The notes under the pieces: generated by a model
What the model was told of the DNA's origin: nothing
What the model saw: only the letters and a program-made list of their open reading frames with translations
Databases searched by the model: none
Made by a program: the position numbers and the translations under genes
Shown: piece by piece, positions 47,982 through 57,680 of the stretch
Numbering within the stretch: position 1 is the first letter of the stretch
How the letters are laid out: the number at the start of each line of letters is the position of its first letter
NCBI GenBank assembly: GCA_000092065.1
Contig: CP000586.1
DNA: 64,000 nt
Source: Ostreococcus lucimarinus
Lineage: Eukaryota
Strand: one strand, 5' to 3'

Positions 47982-49526
47982 TCAGCGGGTGGGATCGGCG
48001 TCGTCGGCGTCGTCGGCGTCGTCGTCGGCGTCGGCGGCGGCGGCGGCGCGCGCTCTGTCCCGCCTGGCGGCGATGCGGAGCGCTTGGTGATAAATTTCGT
48101 CGTTGCGAGCGCCGAATTTGTGCAACTCGGCGCCATTGCGCCACGCCTCGACGCGAGCCATACGTCCTGCTTCATACTCTCCGAGATTTTTCTCAGCCTT
48201 GAGCCACTTGGCCCAATCGTCGGTGGTGCGCGCCGTCTTGTCTTTGCCGTACCACTCGGGAAGGTAGCCGCCGACGATGTGCGGCGCCTTCGGCGGACCG
48301 CCCTGCGCCATATAGCAGTTGACTCTATTCTTCCTTCCACCGATTGGACTCACTGAAGTGTCGCGGTCACCGCAAATGTGCAAAAGCAACCACGCGTCGA
48401 CCATGTTGGCACCGTTTTGTAGGATGATTTCATTGTTGATTTTCTCGGTAAATTTTGGACCGATGACGTACCCGGCCAAACCGCACCCAGCTTTGATGTG
48501 GTTTGCGGAGTACATGTACACCATTTCATCCTCCACGGGCCATTGCTTCACAAACTGCCCAGTCGGTTCGTCTCGAGCTTTGAGCAAAATCACGTCCGCG
48601 TTCGCCGGAGCGTTATCGATCACGCTTTGCAACGCGTACGGCTTCATGCGTATGCCACCCCAAAGCGCGTCGCTTTCAAAAATCACCGTCCACTTGTTCT
48701 TGAACTTTGAATGCAAACGCCACATGCGCATGTGCGAAAACAAACAACTGATGTGATGCGAAACCCCGTATAAAAACTTTGGCAAGACGCCGACACCGTC
48801 TTTGTTGGACTTGGCCGCAGACAACCCGCCGAACCACTTGTCTAAGTTCGCGTTCGGGCGAAGCTCTTTGAGTTCCTCCAACGCCTCTTCCGTGAGATCA
48901 AACGTTTTCGGCCACGCGTTAGCGTTCGTACCGTACTGAATCTGCACCAGCTTATCTGCTTGATCACGCGCCTCGTGCTCATGGCTGCCTGCGTTCTCAC
49001 CAAACGTTTTCACGAACTGGCGCTTCACGCCCTCCGCGCGCTTCACGTCGTACTTCAAGTCTTCGACGGCGATGACGTATATCGGCGTCTCGAGCTTCCG
49101 ACGCGTGCGGTTGCCACCGACCGCGAAATAGCGATCGGAAGAAAACGAAGGAAACGAGTTCTCGTACGAGTCTGCCTTCGCCGCTTCCAGGGCCGCGCCC
49201 TCGAGTCGCACTTGATCCATCTCCGCGAACGCCAGCGCTGGGGTGTTGACTTGCTCCAGCGGCAGGTTTGGCGTCCACACCGGCTTCCGTGCGCGACCGA
49301 GCGCGCCGCGACGCGCCACGACACTCGTCGTCAAGCTCGCGGCGGCAAAGAGCGCGCCGGCGAGCGCGAACGCGGCGATGGCGCGAGATCGTCGTCGCGC
49401 GGAAGCATCGCGTGATCCTTCCTCAAAGTATTCCGTCGCCGCGTCGCCGCTCACGCGCTGGCGTGGACGCGACGGATCGCGATCGATCAGCGTTCGCCGC
49501 TCATCGACGTTCGTTTCCAGCGCCAT
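47982..49526 (-). CDS. Type II membrane protein, putative glycosyltransferase family 25-like (tandem paralogue A).
   Basis: N-terminal signal anchor (AIAAFALAGALFAAASLTTSVV). Central motif VSHHISCLFSHMRMWRL...WTVIFESDALW resembles the GT25 (LgtB/Lic2A/collagen galactosyltransferase) signature GCxxSHxxxW...ILEDD. 514 aa. Highly similar to the adjacent gene 49638-51221. Confidence 0.5.
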   Translation of the reverse strand: MALETNVDERRTLIDRDPSRPRQRVSGDAATEYFEEGSRDASARRRSRAIAAFALAGALFAAASLTTSVVARRGALGRARKPVWTPNLPLEQVNTPALAFAEMDQVRLEGAALEAAKADSYENSFPSFSSDRYFAVGGNRTRRKLETPIYVIAVEDLKYDVKRAEGVKRQFVKTFGENAGSHEHEARDQADKLVQIQYGTNANAWPKTFDLTEEALEELKELRPNANLDKWFGGLSAAKSNKDGVGVLPKFLYGVSHHISCLFSHMRMWRLHSKFKNKWTVIFESDALWGGIRMKPYALQSVIDNAPANADVILLKARDEPTGQFVKQWPVEDEMVYMYSANHIKAGCGLAGYVIGPKFTEKINNEIILQNGANMVDAWLLLHICGDRDTSVSPIGGRKNRVNCYMAQGGPPKAPHIVGGYLPEWYGKDKTARTTDDWAKWLKAEKNLGEYEAGRMARVEAWRNGAELHKFGARNDEIYHQALRIAARRDRARAAAAADADDDADDADDADPTR

Positions 49527-49637
49527 CGCGAGATCGTCGTCGCGCGATGGAAAGTGACGCGCGACGCTGGTTCGCGACTGGTGCTACTATACAGGGTGTT
49601 ACGATGGTTATATGCTATACAGGTGACTACGTGAATT

Positions 49638-51221
49638 CTAGTGTGTCGACGGGCTTGCCGCATCTGTCGCAGCCTCGCCCGCTGCTGCTCGGGCTTTCGC
49701 GCGCTTGGCTTGAAGCCGTAACGCTTGTCGAAGCATTTCGTCGTTGCGAGCGCCGAATTTGTGCAACTCGGCGCCATTGCGCCACGCCTCGACGCGCGCC
49801 ATGCGGCCCTTATTGTACTCCGCATCGTTCTTCTCAGCCTTGAGCCACTCGGCCCAATCGTCGGTGGTGCGCGCCGTCTTGTCTTTGCCGTACCACTCGG
49901 GAAGGTAGCCGCCGACGATGTGCGGCGCCTTCGGTGGACCGCCCTGCGCGTGATAACAGTTGAGCTTATTCTTTCGTCCGCCCTCACCACTCACCCTCGG
50001 GTCGCGCACGCTACAGATGTGATTGATCAACCATGCGTCGACCATATCTGCGCCGCCACTATAAATGATCTGTTTATACAGCTTCTCCGTAAACTTTGGA
50101 CCGACGATGTAACCCGCTAACCCGCACGCAGCCTGGACTCGATTCATAGAGTACATGTAGATCATTTCATCCTCCACCGGCCACTGCTTCACGAACTGCC
50201 CGGTCGGTTCGTCTCTGGTTTTGAGAAAGATCACGTCCGCATTCGCCGGAGCGTTATCGATCACGCTCTGTAATCCTTTTGGAGGAATGTGGAGGCCTGA
50301 CCACAAGCCGTCGCTTTCGAAAATCACCGTCCACTTGTTTTTCAATTTTTGATGCAACCGCCACATGCGCATGTGGGAAAATAAGCACCCGACGTGATGC
50401 GAGATGCCGCGTACCGCTCTCGGTAATAGACCATCGTGCAGTTTCGCTGCCGCTAAGTTGGCGAACCAAGACATGTGGTTCGTCGGGCGGAGCTCTTCGA
50501 GGCCTTCCAGCGCCTCCGTCGCGAGCTCAATGGTGTGCGGCCACGCGAGGGCGTTGACTCCGTCTTGAGTTTGCACCAACTTCTTCGCCTGTGCGGCAGC
50601 TTCGTGCGTCCGATTGATGTAGTTCGGACTCTCGCTAAACGATCGCACGATCGCCGCCTTTAACGAATCCGCCTTTGCCAAATCGGGTTTGGAGTCCGCC
50701 AAGGCGATGACGTACACGGGCGTCTCGAGCTTCCGACGCGTGCGGTTGCCACCGACCGTGAAATAGCGATCGGAAGAAAACGAAGGAAACGAGTTCTCGT
50801 ACGAGTCTGCCTTCGCCGCTTCCAGGGCCGCGCCCTCGAGTCGCACTTGATCCATCTCCGCGAACGCCAGCGCTGGGGTGTTGACTTGCTCCAGCGGCAG
50901 GTTTGGCGTCCACACCGGCAGATGCGCAGGTTTCGCCCCTAACCGAGCCCCTGGATGCACGTGCATCTTCTGCGTGTGCGTCAGCATGTCCACCGTGAGC
51001 CCGACGCAGGCGAGACACGCGCCGAGGAGCGTGAACACGCTCAAGGCGAAGAATCTCCTTCGCGCCCAAAGCTCGCGCGAATCCGCTTCAAAGTATTCCG
51101 TCGCCGCATCGTCGCTCACGCGCTGTGTCGGTCGCGCGATGAGCGTCTGTCGCTCACCGCCGCGCGCGCTCGCGGTGAGTGACATCGCGCGTTCGGCGAC
51201 GGCAAGTGCGGCCGTGATCAC
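49638..51221 (-). CDS. Type II membrane protein, putative glycosyltransferase family 25-like (tandem paralogue B).
   Basis: 527 aa, same architecture as 47982-49526 (ISHHVGCLFSHMRMWRL...WTVIFESDGLW). Shares near-identical nucleotide blocks with paralogue A. Confidence 0.5.
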   Translation of the reverse strand: MITAALAVAERAMSLTASARGGERQTLIARPTQRVSDDAATEYFEADSRELWARRRFFALSVFTLLGACLACVGLTVDMLTHTQKMHVHPGARLGAKPAHLPVWTPNLPLEQVNTPALAFAEMDQVRLEGAALEAAKADSYENSFPSFSSDRYFTVGGNRTRRKLETPVYVIALADSKPDLAKADSLKAAIVRSFSESPNYINRTHEAAAQAKKLVQTQDGVNALAWPHTIELATEALEGLEELRPTNHMSWFANLAAAKLHDGLLPRAVRGISHHVGCLFSHMRMWRLHQKLKNKWTVIFESDGLWSGLHIPPKGLQSVIDNAPANADVIFLKTRDEPTGQFVKQWPVEDEMIYMYSMNRVQAACGLAGYIVGPKFTEKLYKQIIYSGGADMVDAWLINHICSVRDPRVSGEGGRKNKLNCYHAQGGPPKAPHIVGGYLPEWYGKDKTARTTDDWAEWLKAEKNDAEYNKGRMARVEAWRNGAELHKFGARNDEMLRQALRLQAKRAKARAAAGEAATDAASPSTH

Positions 51222-51390
51222 GCACGCGGGGTGTTACGAGTTCGCGCTCAAGCGCGGCGACGATGACGACGACGACGACGGGCGATTATGCGTGCGTGGC
51301 GATCATAAACGAGGTCAAAATAGTAATGAATGAGTTCTCTCATCAACTGCGTTGTTACAAATACATGGCGGTCGCGCGCTCGAGCGCGCC

Positions 51391-52056
51391 TCACGCGTCC
51401 TGCGAGTCCTTCGTCGTGTATCGCCCGAGCGCCGAATTGAAAAAGGCAAAAATACCCTTCACGATGGACTGACGAACCGCGACGACGCCCTTACCGAACT
51501 CCCCACCCGGTCCGGCGCTCGTTTCGCGAATAAACAGCGTGTACACCAGGCCGAAACTTCCGTTCACAAGGAGCATCGCCACGAGAAACAACGCCAACGG
51601 CGGTTCCTTTTCTACAAACAGATCCAGCATCTCTCCCGCCGTCTTCGACTCCCTAATGACGTCTAAACCAATCTGTTCGTCCTTCAGAACCTCGTCCACC
51701 ACCGCGCGTTCCTCGCGAACGAGCTCCGCGCGCAGCGACCCGGCGACTTGTCCGATAACCTCTCCCGGCGTCGTCGCCGCGCGCGCCGCATCACCGTGCG
51801 CGCTCGTCAGCGCCACCACCACCGCCACCGCGTTCGCCACGAGCGCGCTCGTCGCTTCCCGGCTCGTCGTCTCGCCGTCATCGCGTCCCCAGCCGCGCGT
51901 TTCCAACGCATCGCCTCGGGACGCTGTCGACGTCATCTTGTCGCTTTCGCGCGCTCTCGCGACGCGCGCGGACGACGACGCGCGTCGATCGCGCGCGGGT
52001 GCGATCGCGCGCGCGCGCATCGCGGCGTGCGCGCGCGCGGGCGCGGCGAACGGCAT
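51391..52056 (-). CDS. Hypothetical organelle-targeted membrane protein (C-terminal TM helix LALFLVAMLLVNGSFGLVYTLFI).
   Basis: 221-aa ORF with Arg/Ala-rich presequence-like N-terminus, a complex acidic/helical middle, and a single C-proximal TM segment. No family recognised. Confidence 0.35.
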   Translation of the reverse strand: MPFAAPARAHAAMRARAIAPARDRRASSSARVARARESDKMTSTASRGDALETRGWGRDDGETTSREATSALVANAVAVVVALTSAHGDAARAATTPGEVIGQVAGSLRAELVREERAVVDEVLKDEQIGLDVIRESKTAGEMLDLFVEKEPPLALFLVAMLLVNGSFGLVYTLFIRETSAGPGGEFGKGVVAVRQSIVKGIFAFFNSALGRYTTKDSQDA

Positions 52057-52109
52057 CGCGGGTGCGGCGAGCGCGTTGGATTATGGGGTGGGCACCCGCG
52101 CGGTCTGAC

Positions 52110-53132
52110 TTATTTATCGTCGGGGCTCTGCGGCGGCGACTCGGCGGCGACGAGGATCGCGACGTGCGACGCCCCGCACGCGAGCGCGACGACGCGATTC
52201 GACGCTAAATCTACGCGTTCGAAACGCCTGGGTCGAGGCACGACGGCGTCGGCGGCGGCGGCGCCGCATTGCCCTTGGTCGTTCGCGCCCCAGAGATAGA
52301 CGCCGTCGGCGCAGGCGGCGGCGCAGTGGCGGGCGCCGCACCGGACCATCGAGGGGGCGTTCTCGAGCGCGACGAGTCGCGGCGTGGCGGTGCTGGCGCC
52401 GATTTCACAGTCCTCGGTTCCGAGCTGTCCGTCGCGGTTGGTGCCGCAGGCGTAGAGCGACGCGCCGAGGTCGCCGCCGTCGGCGACGAAAATCGTGAAG
52501 GCGTCGCCGCACGACGCGTCCGAGATGCGAACGCCGACCGCTGAGAACGAACGCACGGCCGTCGGTGACGGTACGTCATTGGAGCTCACACCGAGTCCGC
52601 ACTGCCCGTACAAATTCCAACCGAACGTCCAAGCCTCGGCATTTTCGGTGACGAAGACGCCGTGCTTCCCGCCCAACGCGATTCGTCGCACTGCCACGCC
52701 GGAGAACACCGACGGCGCGAAAACCTCCGCGCCGTCAGCGTCCAGCACGCGTCCGCGATCGTCTAAAACCATGAATCGCCCATCACCGTCGACGTCCGCG
52801 GCGACGACCGCGTCCGCGCCGTCGTACTCGCGCCACGTCTCGGCGTCCCGCTCGCCGTCGACGTAAAAGTGTCCCAGTCCGCGCGAGGTGACCACGAACA
52901 CCGCGTCCGTCGCGCACGCGCACGCGCGCGCGCGGGCGAAGGCGTCGTTGACGATCGCGCGCCCGGCTGAATCCACGACGCCGACGCCGCCCAGGACGCG
53001 CAACGATTTCTCGCGCGGGGAGACGAGGGCGGTGAACGTCCAACCGGCGGCGACGAAGACTGCGTCTTCGCGCGCGTCCAGAGCGCCGTCTGGGGCGTCA
53101 TCGCCGGCGTAACCGACCGTCAACAGTTGCAT
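52110..53132 (-). CDS. RCC1-repeat (regulator of chromosome condensation-like beta-propeller) protein.
   Basis: Repeated RCC1 blades: GWNLYGQCGLGVSSN, GTNRDGQLGTEDCE, GANDQGQCGAAAAD, and GGKHGVFVTENAEAWTFG. Start trimmed to ATG 53132 (MQLLTVGYAG...); the upstream 190 codons of ORF 52110-53711 are Ser/Pro/Thr low-complexity. Confidence 0.7.
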   Translation of the reverse strand: MQLLTVGYAGDDAPDGALDAREDAVFVAAGWTFTALVSPREKSLRVLGGVGVVDSAGRAIVNDAFARARACACATDAVFVVTSRGLGHFYVDGERDAETWREYDGADAVVAADVDGDGRFMVLDDRGRVLDADGAEVFAPSVFSGVAVRRIALGGKHGVFVTENAEAWTFGWNLYGQCGLGVSSNDVPSPTAVRSFSAVGVRISDASCGDAFTIFVADGGDLGASLYACGTNRDGQLGTEDCEIGASTATPRLVALENAPSMVRCGARHCAAACADGVYLWGANDQGQCGAAAADAVVPRPRRFERVDLASNRVVALACGASHVAILVAAESPPQSPDDK

Positions 53133-53256
53133 GTCGTCGTCGGGGAGCGCTAGCGCGCGCGAAGGACGCGTGGCATCGCGGGCGGGGGAGTGAGGTGCTC
53201 GACGCGGCGGCGCCGCGCGTCGGTTGGTTGGACGGATGCGTTGAAATGAAACGAAA

Positions 53257-56200
53257 CTAGAGTGCGGGCGAAGAGTCGGGGCTAACCGACGGTGGGTCCA
53301 GGGCGTGCGCGTATAGACCGATGCGACCGTGTAAGGACCACGGTGCGCCGGCGGCGGCGCTCGCCGGGGAGAAAAGATGAAACAGGAGGGATTTCGGCTG
53401 ACGTTCGGCGAAAGCGCCGCCGAGCTCGTAGTGGAGCGTAGTGCGCGGTTTGGTGGCGGGGATGACGTAGTCCGCGACGTGAACGAGGTCGTCTGTGGGC
53501 ACGTCGCACACGGCGACGACGCGTAGGACGCACGGGGCGTACGCTCGCGCGAGGTCGGGCACGGCGAGCTTGAAGCCGACGACGACGGATGATGGAACGC
53601 CGACATGGAGCGATGCGCCGTTGAGGCTGCACTGCTCGAACGTCGCGCGCATGTACTCGCGTCGAACAGTGTGCATGCCATCGACGATACTTCGCACGTC
53701 CGCATCGGCAATTAAATCGGCGACGCGCGTACCAGCTTCCGCGCGCTTCTCCGCCTCGCACGCCTCGGCGGAACATTCGACGAAGAAATTACCACCGGCG
53801 TCGTGGTCGAGCGGGGCGAAGAGCTCAGAAGATATCTCTCGTAATCCATCGAGAGCGCTGCTGCATCGTTCATCTTCCGGATCACCCTTGACCGTCATCG
53901 GGAAGGTCGCCGAAGCGTTCGCGGCGGCTTGATGCGAACCGAGCGCGTTGGTCACGTGACTGAGCGTGGCTGCGTTTGGTCGAATCATTGGTCCCATGAT
54001 TGACTCAGTTAAGCTCGACAAACTGAGACTGCGTAGAGAGGAGATCGCGCCACTCGTCGATGTCGACGCACTACTCTTCGTGCGTTCTGATTCGAGTTCT
54101 CTCAGATGGGACCGCGCGAGCCAAATTTTCAATCGCTCTGTTGGATCGAAATCGCTCGCGCGACAGCCCCGCGCGACGATGAGCGTATCTCGCGTCGCGA
54201 CTGCCATGCGTGCGCGCATGCGCACGAGCTCGAGCTCGAGCAAAGTTGCCAACGACGCCTCTCCCGGAACGACGCCATGCATCGCGTCCGCGTAATCCTT
54301 CTCCGAATTCGTCGGTGAGGGCGCAGGTTCGTTGGTTTCTAAACTGCGCGGAAGCGGCGGCTTCTGACCCAGTGAAGCTTGCGTCTTCGCACCGTTTGTC
54401 AACGCGCGCTGTACGCTTACGAGCTCGAATTGACCGATCGCTAAGAATGTATCCTTTGTCGCTTCATTATCCCCGAGATGATTTCGGATGTGCAACGTTG
54501 CCGTGTACGCTCCGTTGTCGTGCGATTCCACAGCGTCTCGATCAAATCTCCAAAAGCCTCCATCCGCGGCTGCAGACGCCTCGCGAATACTGAATGAAAA
54601 CTGCGTCCCCGCTGGCATGCGAGGGAGGGCAAACGAGTGCTCAACGTTTCGTCCACCTTGTCGCACGACTACGTCGACGTGTGACGGCGCGACGGCTTCT
54701 GGCACCCCCACCGGCGATGTCACCAAGAGATATTCTGGTTTTCCCGCCCCAGGCGACACGTTGTACTCAAACGAAACATCGTGCGAACCACGCGGGGTGA
54801 TCCAAAGTGGCCCTACTGCCGCGGCTATCGAAGCGCCGCACGACGAAAGCATAGTATTCATTAAGTCATCCGCGGCGTCTTCTTTCACGCACGGCGGCAA
54901 TTTTGCTGGAGATGCGGCGTCAATTCGTGTCACGACGCGACCGGGCGCGTTCGCCATGGATGGAAAGTACTTCTTGTGGTTGAGTCCGAGAAACATTTCA
55001 AATTGTTGCTGCTTCGTGCCGTCGGATACCATGTTGTGGAAGCGTCTCTGAATACCAAGCGCCGCGTTGCTCATCGTACTGCTCGCCGAAGTCGGCGTGG
55101 ATTTATAGCGAATCGCCGCCGCAGTGGCGGGATTCGCGTCCAGCAAATGAATGGTTGCCGTGTGCGACGCCCTCGTAGACGTATACATCTGTGCGTGGAA
55201 GTCACCGTTGGCGAGAAAGATCTCAACCATGGCAGTGAGGCACTGCGGCAGCATCGCTGCGCGGAATTCGTCCACCGTGCTCTCCAACCATTTGAACGAT
55301 TCGGCGCCTTTGTGCGCCTTTTCCGGACTCTTCATGAGTTCGTCCAGCCACTCGGCGCCTCCGGCTTGACAAAGTCGCTGACCGGATGAGTTCAGACGAG
55401 AGAGAAGCTTCGACTGCCCCGGGCTTCCCATGTTAGAGTCCGGGCTTTGCGCCTGCGACGGAGATTCAACGGTCTTATTGGGCGATACCGCGATGGGTTC
55501 CGAGCGAGTCGTATCCTGCTCTGGCAACGACCAACTTGTCGTCCGCGTGTTGTGATCGATGTAGAAAGTCCTTCCAGTCGTGGTATCTGTGCGAGACTCC
55601 CATCCTGGGGGCAGCATCGATCCACTGGACGTTCTCGCGAGCACGCCTTCCGAAAGCGCGCCGCCGCCGTAGGCGAGGCCAGCGTTTGCGTTCGCGTTGA
55701 ACACACTCAGACCCAACTCCGAACACTGTTCCGTCAGAACTTGAGCTGCGACGAAAAATCCCGCCAGATTCGTTCGGTCTAGTGAATCTGCACAGTTGTA
55801 TCGCAGTAACCCGCGCTGCCAGGAGCTCACGGTTTTCTCCACGCCGTCTTCGTCCGCCACGGCGCACGTCGATCCCATTGAAATCGAACATTCAATTAGC
55901 TGACGACGAAGGGCGGCCCAAAGACCTTCAACAGTCTTCGCCTCACCGAGCGCCTTGCAGTTCGCGTGCCAATCAAAGTTCAAGACCGAAACATCCGCTA
56001 AACCAGCGCGCTGGCGCACCCCGCGCACAGCTTCGTGAAAATGCTCTGAGAGCAACATTTCTGGCTTACCCGGCGCGCATCGCAACAGGTTGACGCACGT
56101 AATCGGGAACGATTGACGCTCACCATTCGCCGCAGCGACTGCACGCGTACGATACGCGTTCATAACGCGCGCGAAGTAAGTTCCCGTGCCCCGATACGGA

Positions 56201-57270
56201 TTTTCCTTGGCGACCTGGATCTCCGCCTCGCCATACGCCTGCTTGATTTCTTGCGCCCAGCTAATCGGTACGCTGCCTCGTCGCCACACGTACGACGTCC
56301 AACTGCACAGTTTCCCATCCTTGGACGACACGCTCCCCCCCCGCGCGTCACCGTTCATCAACCCTGCTTCTGACGCTTCCGGACTATCCGAACGCTGCTG
56401 ATCGACCTCGCACCACACGAGCTGTTCCATCTCCACCTCGTTCCCCGGCGCGCCGACGTCGTTCAAACCTCGCGCCAAATATCGCGTCCCCGGATGCAAG
56501 CTAGACCTCTTGCCGAAAATACAAAGATTGAATAACTTATCATTTGAATCGCGCAGCTCGCGATGCTCGACTAGACCTTGAATCAGCGTCGGGCACGCCC
56601 CCGGAATCCCCGTCGCCCGCAGAGGCGCGGCGAGCGACGCGTTCCACACCCACTCCCGATCGGGATTTTGCAATCCAGCTTCGGCGTTCCCGTACGCGAA
56701 CGGACGAGAAACATCAAACGTTCGACAGTAAAAGTGCGTGCCGTCCACCGAAAACTCACACAACGACTGTAAATTCACGCGTTCGTCCCTGCTCAACCCG
56801 GCGCACGCGTTTCGCAGCGAAACGCGCACCCACGCGCTCTCCTTGACTTGCATGACTTCATCTCCGGTCGGCAACACCGCCGCCACGCGCACCGTCTTCG
56901 CGATCAACATCGCGGCGACGTCCCCGAACACCCCGTACCCCAACGCCGCGGCCCCTCTCGCGATTTCCTCGACGTATCCTCTCTCGCGAAGCGCCTCGAG
57001 CGCGCGCTCCACGTCTTCGAACGCGTCCTCCCCGACCACCCCCTTCCCCGCCATCAGCGTCCCGGTCGCGCCGCACACTCGCACCACGCGCGCACCGACC
57101 GCCTTCCCCGTCCTCGCGTCGCCATCGTCGCCGCCGTACGTTCTCAACACCACCGCGCGTTCGCCGCTCGCGCGCGCCGCCACCGCCACGCCGTCGCCCG
57201 TCCACCCGTCCCCGCTCGACGTCGACGTCCCGCTCGCGCTCCGCTCGACCCCCGACGGCGCATCGCTCAT
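53257..57270 (-). CDS. SAC-domain phosphoinositide phosphatase with internal WW domain (plant SAC9-like architecture).
   Basis: SAC catalytic motif RYNCADSLDRTNLAGFFVAAQ (CX5R(T/S)). WW domain LPPGWESRTDTTTGRTFYIDHNTRTTSWSLPE. Long C-terminal extension, ~1340 aa. Start set at MSDAPSG (ATG 57270); the upstream (GAC)n-encoded poly-Asp region of ORF 53257-57537 is uncertain. Confidence 0.75.
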   Translation of the reverse strand: MSDAPSGVERSASGTSTSSGDGWTGDGVAVAARASGERAVVLRTYGGDDGDARTGKAVGARVVRVCGATGTLMAGKGVVGEDAFEDVERALEALRERGYVEEIARGAAALGYGVFGDVAAMLIAKTVRVAAVLPTGDEVMQVKESAWVRVSLRNACAGLSRDERVNLQSLCEFSVDGTHFYCRTFDVSRPFAYGNAEAGLQNPDREWVWNASLAAPLRATGIPGACPTLIQGLVEHRELRDSNDKLFNLCIFGKRSSLHPGTRYLARGLNDVGAPGNEVEMEQLVWCEVDQQRSDSPEASEAGLMNGDARGGSVSSKDGKLCSWTSYVWRRGSVPISWAQEIKQAYGEAEIQVAKENPYRGTGTYFARVMNAYRTRAVAAANGERQSFPITCVNLLRCAPGKPEMLLSEHFHEAVRGVRQRAGLADVSVLNFDWHANCKALGEAKTVEGLWAALRRQLIECSISMGSTCAVADEDGVEKTVSSWQRGLLRYNCADSLDRTNLAGFFVAAQVLTEQCSELGLSVFNANANAGLAYGGGALSEGVLARTSSGSMLPPGWESRTDTTTGRTFYIDHNTRTTSWSLPEQDTTRSEPIAVSPNKTVESPSQAQSPDSNMGSPGQSKLLSRLNSSGQRLCQAGGAEWLDELMKSPEKAHKGAESFKWLESTVDEFRAAMLPQCLTAMVEIFLANGDFHAQMYTSTRASHTATIHLLDANPATAAAIRYKSTPTSASSTMSNAALGIQRRFHNMVSDGTKQQQFEMFLGLNHKKYFPSMANAPGRVVTRIDAASPAKLPPCVKEDAADDLMNTMLSSCGASIAAAVGPLWITPRGSHDVSFEYNVSPGAGKPEYLLVTSPVGVPEAVAPSHVDVVVRQGGRNVEHSFALPRMPAGTQFSFSIREASAAADGGFWRFDRDAVESHDNGAYTATLHIRNHLGDNEATKDTFLAIGQFELVSVQRALTNGAKTQASLGQKPPLPRSLETNEPAPSPTNSEKDYADAMHGVVPGEASLATLLELELVRMRARMAVATRDTLIVARGCRASDFDPTERLKIWLARSHLRELESERTKSSASTSTSGAISSLRSLSLSSLTESIMGPMIRPNAATLSHVTNALGSHQAAANASATFPMTVKGDPEDERCSSALDGLREISSELFAPLDHDAGGNFFVECSAEACEAEKRAEAGTRVADLIADADVRSIVDGMHTVRREYMRATFEQCSLNGASLHVGVPSSVVVGFKLAVPDLARAYAPCVLRVVAVCDVPTDDLVHVADYVIPATKPRTTLHYELGGAFAERQPKSLLFHLFSPASAAAGAPWSLHGRIGLYAHALDPPSVSPDSSPAL

Positions 57271-57295
57271 CGCGCGCGCTCGCCTTTCCCGTCCG

Positions 57296-57297
<2 letters not shown>

Positions 57298-57340
<43 letters not shown>
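57298..57340. repeat. (GTC)n/(GAC)n microsatellite (~13 units) encoding a poly-Asp run at the 5' end of the SAC9-like ORF.
   Basis: Direct reading: gtcgtcgtcgtcgtcgtcgtcgtcgtcgtcgtcgtcgtcg. Confidence 0.9.
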
Positions 57341-57341
<1 letters not shown>

Positions 57342-57680
57342 GAATCCCGTTCGCGATGGCTTCGTCCGCCTCGTCCAATCGCGACGACGTTCGCCGCGTC
57401 GCGACGCCGCGCCGCGTCGCGCGCGTCGCCGCGACGTCGCGCGTCGCCCGTCCGAGATCGCGCGTCGTCGGATGCCGCGTCGACGCGTCGCGTCGCGCCA
57501 TCGTTCCATCGCGCCGTCGGTCCATCCATCGGTCCATCCATCGGTCCGTGTCGCGCGCGCGCGCCGCGCGTCGACGACGCGCGCGTCTCGACCGTCTCGG
57601 ACGCGCGCGGCGATTCGAACGCGCGGCGACAGCTCGCGCGCCGGCCGCGCGCGACGTCGCGACGGCGCGACGACGACGCG

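Noticed and set aside
47750-48340. Upstream extension of the UMP1 ORF (47336-48340) and ORFs 47636-48202 (+) and 47641-48144 (-).
   Set aside because: Pro/Thr/Arg repeats (including an encoded poly-Arg run) without homology. UMP1 homology begins at MDDEIKF.
53133-53711. N-terminal 193 codons of ORF 52110-53711.
   Set aside because: Ser/Pro/Thr low-complexity preceding the RCC1 blades; probably 5'UTR or intergenic. Start moved to 53132.
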